From: Octopus sinensis
Taxonomy: Eukaryota
Length of the DNA: 20,517 nucleotides
NCBI RefSeq assembly: GCF_006345805.1
Contig: NW_021823976.1
Coordinates: 1-20,517 of the forward strand
Direction: 5' to 3'
Below are positions 1-9,998 of the stretch, piece by piece. The notes under the pieces were generated by a model, which was not told the origin of the DNA, did no database searches, and saw only the letters and a list, made by a program, of their open reading frames with translations. A program made the translations under genes and the position numbers. Positions within the stretch are counted from its first letter, which is position 1; every line of letters starts with the position of its first letter.

Positions 1-145
1 GTTTTATGTCTATGAATTGTGGGATATGGGTGCGTGTATTTTATAATCTTTTTTCTTTTTTCTACCTATTAGAGTAACTTCCCTTTTATTCAACGGCTTT
101 TCAATAGCGTCCTTTGCTCTTCGCTCCGACATTCGAAACTCTGAG

Positions 146-174
146 TATATATAATACATACATACATACATACA

Positions 175-205
<31 letters not shown>

Positions 206-207
206 CT

Positions 208-239
<32 letters not shown>

Positions 240-243
240 ATAT

Positions 244-274
<31 letters not shown>

Positions 275-283
275 GTCTGTGTG
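146..283. repeat. (CATA)n followed by (TA)n microsatellite
   Basis: Read directly from the sequence. Confidence 0.95.
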
Positions 284-847
284 TGTATTCTCCAATCTAT
301 CTATCTATTTATCGAGCGATCTGTTTGTTTGTCTGTCTGTCTCACAGATTTACGAAGTAAAATAAGTTTTATCGTGAGAATATCAGAACTTTGGAATAAA
401 TATTCTCACAGGTTTCCAATCAACATACGACAACAACAACAATCACAGCCATAGTTATTGATACCATCACTCTACCTCCACAACAACAGTTACAAAAACA
501 CTATCCAACAAAACAACAAATGAAGAGCCCCACTTTGTCGTTGGAAATGTTAGAAATAGCGTCAAAATGTCGCTCAGATACTATCCTATCGTGTTTAAAC
601 AAGAGACATATATATGTGTTTGATGGTGGTGCTGGGGGAGGGAAAAGAGAATAAAAGAAGACAGGCCGGTCACGGCTGGGCTGGATTTTGGACTTAGGCT
701 TGTTTCATCACAACTGACCATAAAACATCTTCATCATAATCATCACCATTTTCGTCAACATCATCATCACCTTAGTTATCGTTGTCGTTTTCCCTTCTGC
801 CCCCTGCCTTGTTCAAATGTCTGCTGGGTTAGCGCGAGTAAATAACA

Positions 848-1091
848 CACCACCACCATCACCACCAAAACCACCACCACCACCACCGTCACCACCACCA
901 CCACCACCACCACCACCACCACCGCCAACACCACCACCACAACGACCACCACCATCACAACCAAAACCCCACCACCACCCCACCACCACCACCACCACCA
1001 CCAACCACCACCACCACCACCCCACCACCACCACTACCATCACCACCGAAACACCACCACCACCATAACCACCACCACCACCACCACCACC

Positions 1092-1132
<41 letters not shown>

Positions 1133-1145
1133 ATCTATCTATCTA
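848..1145. repeat. Imperfect (CCA)n tract followed by (CTAT)n
   Basis: Read directly; explains the poly-Pro/Val/Gly ORFs at 776-1068. Confidence 0.95.
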
Positions 1146-1199
1146 TTAGATTGACAGCTAGATAGATAGATAGCTATCTATCTAGCTGTCAATCTAATA
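1144..1199. repeat. Perfect 26-bp inverted repeat with 4-nt spacer
   Basis: TATTAGATTGACAGCTAGATAGATAG (1144-1169) is the exact reverse complement of 1174-1199. Confidence 0.95.
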
Positions 1200-1369
1200 T
1201 TTCCATCTAATCTTTCTCTCTCTCTCTCTCTAATTCCTCATTCTTTCTATCTTCCTTTCTCTCTTCCACACCTGTCACTCACGTATCTAAGTTTCTACAA
1301 AAGACTAAACACCATATCAAAGTCATAACTATCAACAACACAGCACCTGACAACAAATATTTACTAAAT

Positions 1370-1370
<1 letters not shown>

Positions 1371-1411
<41 letters not shown>

Positions 1412-1500
1412 TACACACACACACACATACACACACACGCATATACAGGCACATGCAAGGACAGCCACATACGCACACATATGCATACACAGACACATAC
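1371..1500. repeat. (AC)n microsatellite with degenerate flank
   Basis: Read directly. Confidence 0.9.
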
Positions 1501-1634
1501 ACGAACACAGACCTCTGCAGCAGGTGGTCAATTGTGCCAATGTGATAATCGAAGTTTACAAGGCGGTAGCCTGCTTCTGATGGTCTTTAACTTCAGAATC
1601 GATACCACTTAATAATCAATATTACATATTCTCG

Positions 1635-1855
1635 AAGGCGACGAGCTGGGCGGAATCGTCAGCACGCCGGTGGAAATGCTTAGCGGGGATTTCGTCCGTC
1701 CCTAGGTTCCGAGTTCAAATTCCGCCGAGGTCGACTTTGCCTTTCAGCCTTTCGGAATCGATAAAACAAGTACCAGTTGAACACTGGGGTCATTGTAATT
1801 GACTTACCCTCTCCCTCGAAATTGCAGGCCTTGTGCCGGAATTTGAAATTAGTAT
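1635..1855 (+). mobile_element. tRNA-derived SINE, family A, near full length
   Basis: Head AGGCGACGAGCTGGGCGGAATCG (A-box-like), GAGTTCAAATTCC (B-box-like), body GGTCGACTTTGCCTTTCAGCCTTTCGG...AAGTACCAG. Alignable by eye with minus-strand copies at 9410, 9851, 12885 and 18143. Confidence 0.85.
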
Positions 1856-2157
1856 TGCGTATCTCGAGTCCATTTTTTAATGCCGTAACGCATATCCTCC
1901 ACACACAAACATATACATGCACACACAAACATACACACACACACACATCCACACACGTGCACATGCGCATTAGGCGTACGAGTTATTCTTTGGTAGCCAA
2001 CACGATCCCAAGGCGTGTTTAAACATCGATGTATATACATGCGCACACAATGGCCAAACGTAGAGGCATACATACGTAAAAGAAAAGTATAATACAAGTA
2101 GATGGAACGAACAGGCTTTAATCCAAATCACTGCAATTGTTTCTGTGTATTAGTATC

Positions 2158-2316
2158 AGCTGGTATGGCTTTGTGGTAAGAAGTTTGCTTCTCAACCACA
2201 GGGTTCTAGGTTCAGTCCTACTGCGTGACACCTTGGGCAAGTGTCTTCTGCTATAGCCTCAGGCCGACCAAAGCCTTATGGGTAGATCTGTTAGACGGAA
2301 ACTGAAAGAAGCCCGT

Positions 2317-2356
<40 letters not shown>

Positions 2357-2580
2357 TATATATATATATATATAGATATGTTGTGTGTGTGGTTTGGCAC
2401 CCCACCACCGCTTTACAATCGGTGTTGGTGTGCTTATGGCAAAAGAGAATGATCGAATAAGTGCTAGGCTTTAAAAAGTCTTAGGGTCGATTTGTTCGAC
2501 TGAAACGCTTCAAAACTGTGCTCCGGTATGGCCGCAGTCAAATGACTAAAACAGGTAAAAAATAAAAGATAAAATAAAAA
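2158..2580 (+). mobile_element. tRNA-derived SINE, family B (CORE-like domain), diverged full-length copy with internal (TA)n
   Basis: TGGCTTTGTGG A-box-like, GGTTCAGTCC B-box-like, CORE/MIR-like GTGACACCTTGGGCAAGTG, internal TA repeat, 3' tail GGCCGCAGTCAAATGACT plus A-rich end. CORE-type tRNA SINEs (OR1/OR2) are described from octopus; the family assignment is from recall. Confidence 0.85.
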
Positions 2581-2642
2581 ACATAATCGCACAATAGTTG
2601 TGCAGCCGCACATCTTCAAGTAAATAAGCATTTATACATATA

Positions 2643-3060
2643 GGCGCAGGAGTGGCTGTGTGGTAAGAAGCTTGCGTACCAACCATATGGTTTCGGGTTC
2701 AGTCGCACCACGTGGCACCTTGGGTAAGTGTCTTCTATACTAGCCTCGGGCCGACCAAAGCCTTGTGAATGGATTTGGTAGACGGAAACTGAAAGAAGAC
2801 CGTCGTATATATGTATATGTGTGTGTGTGCGTGCGTATGTGTGTTTGTGTGGATGTGTTTGTCCCCCCATCATCATTTGACAACCGATGTTGGTGTGTTT
2901 ACGTCCCTGTAACATAGAAATGCGACAAAAGATACCTATAGAATAAGTACTAAGCTTACAAAGAATAGGTCCTGGGGTCGATTTGCTCGACTAAAGGCGG
3001 TGCTCCAGCATGGCCGCAGTTAAATGACTGAAACAAGTAAAGGAGTAAAAGAACAAAAGA
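2643..3060 (+). mobile_element. SINE family B, full-length copy
   Basis: GGCGCAGGAGTGGCTGTGTGG head, GGGTTCAGTC, GTGGCACCTTGGGTAAGTG, internal (TA/TG)n, tail GGCGGTGCTCCAGCATGGCCGCAG...GAAACAAGTAAAGGAGTAAAAG. Confidence 0.9.
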
Positions 3061-3689
3061 ATGTGTATACATTGTGGAAATGCAAATCACCTGGTGGCCG
3101 AGCAAGACAGCTCTTGAAGCCCCTGTGTCTGTACAAATGTCTCTAGGGTCCAAAAGGTTTCTGTGCTTGAATTTTGCTTTCAGTGTATAAAGTGATGCAC
3201 AGTACTGAAACCGTTCTTTAGAAGAATTAGCGATAAAACCAGTGGTACAAAAGAGGGTGAGAAGACCAGAAACCAACTCTGCTCTTTTATTATATTTATA
3301 TATGAGTTTAACATTAATTTAAAGCTCAGTAAAAACAGAGTGTTTATGACGTTTCGAGCATTGTTTTTTGGGTGTCAAAAAGAGGAACGGGAAGAGTACA
3401 AAAGAAGGAAAAGGAATCACCAACAGCACGTTTGCTGTTACATACGCATACACGCAGATGTGGATGTCTTCTTAGCACACACACACAGAGTACCTATGCT
3501 CGTCCAGAGCAGTGTTGTTTCTCAACAAAAGACTCATCAGACCTTGTTTGCGCGAATTTACCGCCGTACAAAGACGGCGAGATAAGCGATGAGTGAGGAA
3601 TCGCTTAAACAAGTCGATTTGATTCTCATCCCCACTTCACAAAGATTCTAACATGCCTCGTGGCATTTAGATTACATTCTGTGCGTATA

Positions 3690-4535
3690 TGTCGTCTGAT
3701 CAGTTAGTAGCCGCACTGGCATAGTAGCGAAGCTAAAGCACATAGAGGAAAACCCCTTGGCACAGATTGACCTTGAACTCTGCTGTGCATATGTACTAAG
3801 TTTTAACGTTCTAGCTCACTTCCATTGTTTACAGCAGTGCTTGGAAGGAACGTGTGTAGCATGTGACCGTCGCATTGACAATGACAAAGATACCTGCTCA
3901 GAGACATACGCAAAGTTGCAGAAAGTGTACGGAGAGAAGTGTATGAGCCGCACACAAGAATACGAGTGATTCAAACGTTTCCAAGATGGCCGAAAAGTGT
4001 CGATATTGACGAACGTTCTGGGAGACCCGCAACCAGCAGAACTGAAAAAAAACATCGCAGATGTGCGTGCAACTGTGAGGGAAAATCGTCGAATCACTAT
4101 CCGTAGTTATCAGAGGACGTGCAGATTAAATACGGTTCAGTTCAGTCAATTATCACTGAAGATTTGAGTATGAGACGCGTGTCTGCCAAGTTTATGCCTA
4201 AACTGCTTTCAGCTGACCAAAAAGACACTCGGGTTTCAGTTGCACAAAATCTCTTTGGTTGTGTCAAGAAAGATGAAAACATTTTGAAAACTTTGCGTAA
4301 GCCTCTGAGCAGGTATCGCCAAGCGTTTGACAAAATTTGATGCGCAACTTTTTCTGTCATGGTCAATGCTAAGATCACACTACACACCTTCCTTCCAAGC
4401 ACTGCTGTAAACAACAGAAGTAAGGTACAACGTTAAATCTTAGTGCGCATGCACAGCAGAGTTCAGGGTCAATCTGTGCCAAGCGGCTTCACCCTTCGTG
4501 CTTTAGCTTCGTTACTATGGCAACAGTCCGGATAC
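3690..4535 (+). mobile_element. Non-autonomous mariner-family DNA transposon remnant with long inverted arms
   Basis: Broken frames read TCSETYAKLQKVYGEKCMSRTQEYE*FKRFQDGR..ERSGRP..RENRRITI..VQSIITEDLSMRRVSAKFMPKLLS, i.e. mariner N-terminal HTH domains plus the WVP-type linker; no catalytic DD34D region. 3707-3917 is the imperfect reverse complement of 4289-4535. Confidence 0.88.
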
Positions 4536-4604
4536 GTATAACTCAGAACACTATTTCTATTAAACAAGTAAAAGTACATAATTACATACAAACATTATAT
4601 TGAT

Positions 4605-6166
4605 ATATGTACAATGATGCAGGAGGTAAGCTCCCAGTCAAACTGAAAGAGGGGGTAATATGCCCTATCCATAAGGGAGGTAGCAGAGCAGATGCTAAAA
4701 ATTATAGGCCTATCTCTCTGACCTCACACATCAGCAAAGTCATGGAACGAATAGTCCGTAAGAAACTAATCATGTTCCTTGAAGAAAATGACTTACTGTC
4801 TGACACCCAGCATGGATTTCGACCAGGTAGAGGCTGCCTAACACAGCTCCTGCAACACTATGACTGGGTGTTGAAACAGCTACTAAATGGCTCAAATGTG
4901 GATGTAATATATCTTGACTTTGCAAAAGCCTTTGATAAAGTCGACCATGGTATGATCTGTCACAAACTGCGTGGTCTCGGCATAGGCGGGAAACTTGAGA
5001 ATGGCTGCACAACTTCCTAAAAGACAGAAAACAGGCAGTTGTGAGCATGGAGCCACTCCAGGGAACGCAAATAACAAGCGGTGTCCCACAGGGCACTGTC
5101 TTGGGGCCACTGATGTTCATAGTGGCCCTTTCAGACATGCCTTCAGTTGCTACGATGACCACCCTTGCTAGCTATGCAGATGACACAAAAGTCTCCCACG
5201 CAATACAAAACCCTGAAAATATTGCGCATCTGCAACATGAGCTGGACACAAATATCACAGGTGGGCTGAGGACAACAACATGCAGTTTAATGCAGTAATT
5301 TCCAGGCCCTGCGCTACTGGCACACAAAGGTAAAGACGTGAAGACTGGATACACTGGCCCAGGAGAATTGCAATCCCTGAGTCAAAATCAGTGCGTGACC
5401 TGGGCATTGACATGAGCAATGATGCATCTTTCCAAATGCATATTGCTAATCTGGTGATAAAATGCAGACGGCTAGCTGGATGGATTCTCCGAACTTTCAG
5501 AACAAGAGAGAAGGAGCCACTGATGGTCCTATGGAAAACATTGTCCTCAGCCGCTTGGACTACTACTGCTCCCAACTTTGGTCACCACACAAATAAAACA
5601 AACAGCAGAACTCGAAGCAACTCAGAGAAGCTACCAAAGAAAATCGTCTCAATGCAAAATGTCAGCTACTGGAACTGAAGGTATTAAACCTCTCCCCTGG
5701 AGCGGAGGCGGCGGGAGAGATATGCAGTGTGATATATCTGGAAAATCCTGGAGGCTTGTCCCAAACTTTGGCATTCAAAGTTACTCCAACCGCAGAACGG
5801 GGCGCCGCTGCGTGGTGCCAAGGATTCCAACATCATCACACATCAAAATACAGGTCCAGATACTGCAACAGCTTGGGTTCAGAGGACCACAGCTCTTTAA
5901 CATCCTCCCTAAATGCCTGAGAGACTTACATGGTGTGGATGTGGGTTTCCTTTAAACTAAACTAAAAACTGATCTCTTCTTGTTGGGAGTCCCAGATGAA
6001 CCTACCTCACGACAGGAGACACGGATGCGGGCAGCAGCATCGAACTCCCTTGTTGATCAAGTGCCACGTATCAGAGGTGGATTCACAAACTAGTGTAGCT
6101 CATTCAGCGGTGGCCCCCAGCATGGCCGCGGCCTTCGGGCTAAAACTTTATTAAAGGATTTTTTTT
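4605..6166 (+). mobile_element. 5'-truncated non-LTR retrotransposon, CR1/L2 group, with 3'UTR
   Basis: RT motifs NYRPISLTS, QHGFRPGR, YLDFAKAFDKVDH, SGVPQGTVLGP, YADD, RDLGI; C-terminus ...AAASNSLVDQVPRIRGGFTN* with TAG at 6091-6093; short 3'UTR ending TTAAAGGATTTTTTTT. No target-site duplication seen. Confidence 0.92.
4607..6093 (+). pseudogene. Frameshifted LINE ORF2 (reverse transcriptase to C-terminus)
   Basis: RT motifs are split across track ORFs 4607-5020, 5041-5298, 5391-5678, 5578-5955 and 5729-5920, with several frameshifts and stops. Confidence 0.9.
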
Positions 6167-6175
6167 AGGAGGGCA

Positions 6176-6184
6176 ATATATATA

Positions 6185-6238
<54 letters not shown>

Positions 6239-6273
6239 GACGTGTGTGTGTGTGTATATATATTATATATATA
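6176..6273. repeat. (TA)n/(TG)n microsatellite
   Basis: Read directly. Confidence 0.9.
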
Positions 6274-6388
6274 TGGTCGGCCCGAGGCTATAGCAGAAGA
6301 GACTTGCCGAAGGTGCCAGACAGTAGGACTGAACCAAAGACCATGTACTTGGGAGGCAAACATCTTACCGTACAGTCACGCCTCTGCC
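6274..6388 (-). mobile_element. SINE family B, 5' half only
   Basis: Reverse complement reads GGCAGAGGCGTGACTGTACGGTAAGATG...GGTTCAGTCC...TGGCACCTTCGGCAAGT...CTCGGGCCGACCA, then (TA)n. Confidence 0.85.
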
Positions 6389-6389
6389 G

Positions 6390-6502
6390 ATATATACTTA
6401 TATATATATATATATATGCGTGTGTGTATGATATGTATCTACGTGTGTATCGTATACACACATAAATACACACACACAACACACACACACACACACACAC
6501 AC

Positions 6503-6552
<50 letters not shown>

Positions 6553-7160
6553 AAATCTATGAAGCATTAACATTTGTCATGACAAATTACTCTCCTGTTT
6601 CTTTGTATTTTATCAGTAATTTGGATCTTCAGAGTTTTATACATACATGCGCATGCACACACACACATGCATACACACACACATTGATACATATACAAAC
6701 ATAAAATACATTCAAGCATGCATGCATACATACATATATATAGACACATATATACACGCATATGCATATTGATATATAAATACATACATGCATACATACA
6801 TGTATGCATACATACATACATACATATATACACACACACACACGCACACACACACGCACACACACACACATATATATATAGACTCCTGCATTTCTATAAA
6901 TATATGTGAGACACGCAATGCTAAAGATTTGCTGATGTTTCAAAAGTTTTCTTCTTAGAAAGTAATATCCTTGGTACATCTCACCATATATATATACACA
7001 CGTATTTACGTGTATGTATATGTAAGTATGCTTTGTCTTAAGTGCTATATATGTATGCGTGTTAGAATACGTGTCATGTGTACGCGCATCCATGTATATA
7101 TGCCTGTACATGTATAGTTGCGGGTGAATATATGCCTATATGAATATGAATATATGTATA
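6390..7160. repeat. Compound, degenerate (TA)/(CA)/(CATA) microsatellite region with short unique islands
   Basis: Read directly. Confidence 0.8.
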
Positions 7161-7312
7161 TTGATGGTGATAGCAATCACCAAAATGGTTGACGTGATTC
7201 GTTTGCAATTGTTGATCACGTATTTATTTTGCAGAGATTCTGGAGACAATATTCAATCAGATGACATTTAAGAGAATTCAGCAGCTTCTAGGACGAAAGA
7301 ATAGAGCGACAT

Positions 7313-7411
7313 AAACAAAGAAATTCATCACATAGCTAACACTTAAAGCCCATAAGAAAAACAAAGAAATTCAGAACATAGCTGACACTTAAAGCCCATA
7401 AGAAAAACAAG
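7313..7411 (+). repeat. 46-bp tandem duplication (two copies plus a partial third start)
   Basis: 7313-7358 versus 7359-7404, three mismatches. Confidence 0.92.
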
Positions 7412-7579
7412 ATACATTTATTAATAAATATATAAAGAAAGAAAATAGAAAATTTATAGCAACCAGAATTATTGAGTTTTGAAAGCAACACGGAAATGTT
7501 AATAGGCAAAGATATGAATTTTTTAAATATTTTTCTGCTGTTTTCTGTGAAATTATCTCAGTTAAACATTTAATAACCA

Positions 7580-8297
7580 TATATGAACATTTTAACACAA
7601 GCATATATATATATATGTGTATGTGTGTTGCATGTGTGTGTGCATGCATATATACAAAATTCGTACATACATGTGCATACTTATACATACATATGCGCAT
7701 ATGTATGTTTATGTATGTATGCGCACACACACATGTATGTACATATAAATATATATATATATATATGTATATACATTTTTGCATCTATGTATTCATAACT
7801 TTTAGTGCATGTATACTCGCCGTACGTTAATGATGATAGTGATGACAACGACGGTGATGAGGTTGATGATGATGACGCTGATGACGACAACGATCATCTT
7901 CGTCATCACATTTATCTTCTGATTAGTCAGTTTGACAGAGAATGTCAAATTTGGAATGGCATTCTCGGATGCAAGATAATGCCTCTTGAAAATAATTTCA
8001 CCTGAAAACATACAGATATATATGCACAAAAGTATACACACACACACCACGCACATGTACACATACACGCACACACATACACACTATTACACGAAGATAC
8101 TAATTCATATACACACACGTTAAAACGGCATTCATACGCACCAACATGCAATCCCCTTCCACACACTGGCGTATATACATAGATGCATAAAGAAACATGC
8201 AGACATATATACACACACAGAGATACACAACCGCTGCACACAAACGCTCATACATTCATAGATGCAGACATGGTCTCTCACACACACGCATATATAT

Positions 8298-8336
<39 letters not shown>

Positions 8337-8350
8337 CGTGTGTGTGCGGC
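7580..8350. repeat. Degenerate (TA)/(CA)/(TG) and (GAT)n low-complexity region
   Basis: Read directly. Confidence 0.8.
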
Positions 8351-8427
8351 CATATATGTAGGCAAATCGAAGAACAAAATTTGGAAAACACAACAAAAGA
8401 CAATTGGATGTACAATGAGTATGGTTA

Positions 8428-8590
8428 GGCGCCGGCGTGGCTGTGTGGTAAGAAGCTTGCTTCGCAACCACATGGTTCCGGGTTCAGTCCCACTGCGTGG
8501 CACTTTGGGCAAGTGTCTTCTACTATAGTCTCGGGCCAATCAAAGTCTTGTGAGTGGATTTGATAGACGGAATCTTAAAGAAGCCCATCG
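8428..8590 (+). mobile_element. SINE family B, 5' half (to the internal TA tract)
   Basis: GGCGCCGGCGTGGCTGTGTGGTAAGAAGC...GGGTTCAGTCCCACTGCGTGGCACTTTGGGCAAG...AAGAAGCCCATCG(TA)n. No 3' tail found downstream. Confidence 0.9.
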
Positions 8591-8614
8591 TATATATATA
8601 TATATATATATATT

Positions 8615-8917
8615 CACGAGGGTACTACATAAGTACTTGTATCGCTAAAAGTAGAAGTCAAAAATGCTTCTGTGCAACGGAATAGTCACAAATCTAATAC
8701 AGCCCTGGTAGGAACCCCCCCCCCCAAAAAAAAAAAAACACAGAAAAACTAGTGAACATTAAAATCGTCTTACCTCTGCTAGGTCAGCACAAGTAATGCT
8801 GGCCAACCTGATACCACGGTTTCGAAATGAGCGCTAAGTAGCTGCCTGTTTATCCTCAGCCAGAAGTATTTTTGACTTCTATTTTTAGCGATGCAAGTAC
8901 TCATGTAGTACCCACAT
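8615..8917. mobile_element. MITE with 53-bp terminal inverted repeats, probably Tc1/mariner-derived
   Basis: 8620-8672 versus reverse complement of 8861-8913: 4 mismatches in 53. Sits in the SINE's (TA)n tract; the ACGAGGG-like start resembles mariner-type ends. The superfamily call is inference. Confidence 0.75.
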
Positions 8918-8930
8918 GTGTGTGTGTTTG

Positions 8931-8978
<48 letters not shown>

Positions 8979-9075
8979 CATATCTTATATTGTATGTATA
9001 TATTTTATTAATTGCCTGTACGGCTGATAACTCGCTTGCCGCTAGTGATGGATGGTATTGTAATAATACCATCCT

Positions 9076-9119
<44 letters not shown>

Positions 9120-9126
9120 GTGTGTG

Positions 9127-9168
<42 letters not shown>

Positions 9169-9211
9169 ATACAAACTTAAGACCAATTCAAATATGTTTC
9201 AAGAGATAGTC

Positions 9212-9724
9212 GAACGTGTAAAGGGCTATCATTGCAGTCTGTCATGGAGGCAAAAAAAAATCTCGTCTATTGTCAAAATAGCAGAGTGAGATGAGGACGA
9301 TGTCCTTTGGGCTGATGACTGATGGATGCATTTCGAATTTGGTTGTTTTCTGCAAGATAGCAAGAGTGGCAACTCCGAGCTAATTAAGAAGCACAGCTTC
9401 CTGCATTCTTTGCTACTCTTGGCACAAGGCCCGAAATTTTTGGGGAGTGAGGACAGTCAATTAGATCGACCCCAGTCCGCAACTGGTACATAATTTATCG
9501 ACCCCCAAAGGATGAAATGCAAAGTCGATGATGATGATGATGATGACGACGATGTTTGTGGTGGAGGTGGTGATGGTGGTATTTGAACGTGTAAAGGTTC
9601 TTCACTGCAGTTTATCATGGAGAAAAAAATTCTCGCTCAAAAGCAAGCGATGTTAAAACGCCATAGCCAGCTCAGAGCGCTCTCTATTGGGCTGATGGAT
9701 GCATTTCGAACTGTTTTGTTTTCT
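9212..9724 (+). repeat. Degenerate local direct repeat, two copies of ~140 bp
   Basis: 9212-9351 and 9585-9724 share GAACGTGTAAAGG...TGCAGT..TCATGGAG..AAAAAAA.TCTCG and TTGGGCTGAT..GGATGCATTTCGAA..TTGTTTTCT. Confidence 0.8.
9410..9528 (-). mobile_element. SINE family A, 3' half
   Basis: GGCACAAGGCCCGAAATTT...ATCGACCCCAG...CTGGTAC...GGATGAAATGCAAAGTCGA matches the reverse complement of the family A body and tail. Confidence 0.85.
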
Positions 9725-9850
9725 TCAGTACCAGATACCTAAAGAATCACTCTTTGAACTGGTCTTAAATTTGTATACTTTCCTTCACTGCCACGTGCAT
9801 CTACTCACGAATGTTTACTGGCCTGGCAGCTAATACGCACAATCAGTAAA

Positions 9851-9998
9851 TAATCCTTTTTACTAAAGGTACAAGGCCTGAAATTTTGGAGGAAGGGGAG
9901 AATCGCTTATATCGACCCCAGTACATACCTGGTACGTATTCCATCGGTCCTGAAAGAATGAAAGGCAAAGTCGACCTCGGCGGAATCTGAACTCAGAA

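Noticed and set aside
66-140. Possible 75-nt phase 1-1 minus-strand exon (FRMSERRAKDAIEKPLNKREVTLI) with CAG and GTAGA boundaries
   Set aside because: The acceptor lies in a TA microsatellite with no pyrimidine tract, and no homology is recognised; expected by chance.
1635-1720. tRNA-like A/B boxes as a tRNA gene (also at 2643, 8428, 13112)
   Set aside because: No cloverleaf or anticodon arm; these are SINE heads.
3091-3204. Possible 114-nt phase 0-0 minus-strand exon (YCASLYTLKAKFKHRNLLDPRDICTDTGASRAVLLGHQ)
   Set aside because: Plausible splice sites but no recognisable protein, and it cannot be linked in phase to the other candidates.
3185-3257. Plus-strand segment with strong acceptor (TTTTGCTTTCAG) and donor (GG|GTGAGA)
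   Set aside because: Stops in all three frames; no evidence for a non-coding exon.
7313-7411. 46-bp repeats as a CRISPR-like array
   Set aside because: Adjacent copies have no spacer; eukaryotic context; simple tandem duplication.
9050-9074. Perfect 10-bp hairpin GGATGGTATT/AATACCATCC
   Set aside because: Isolated and short, with no context linking it to an element end or terminator.
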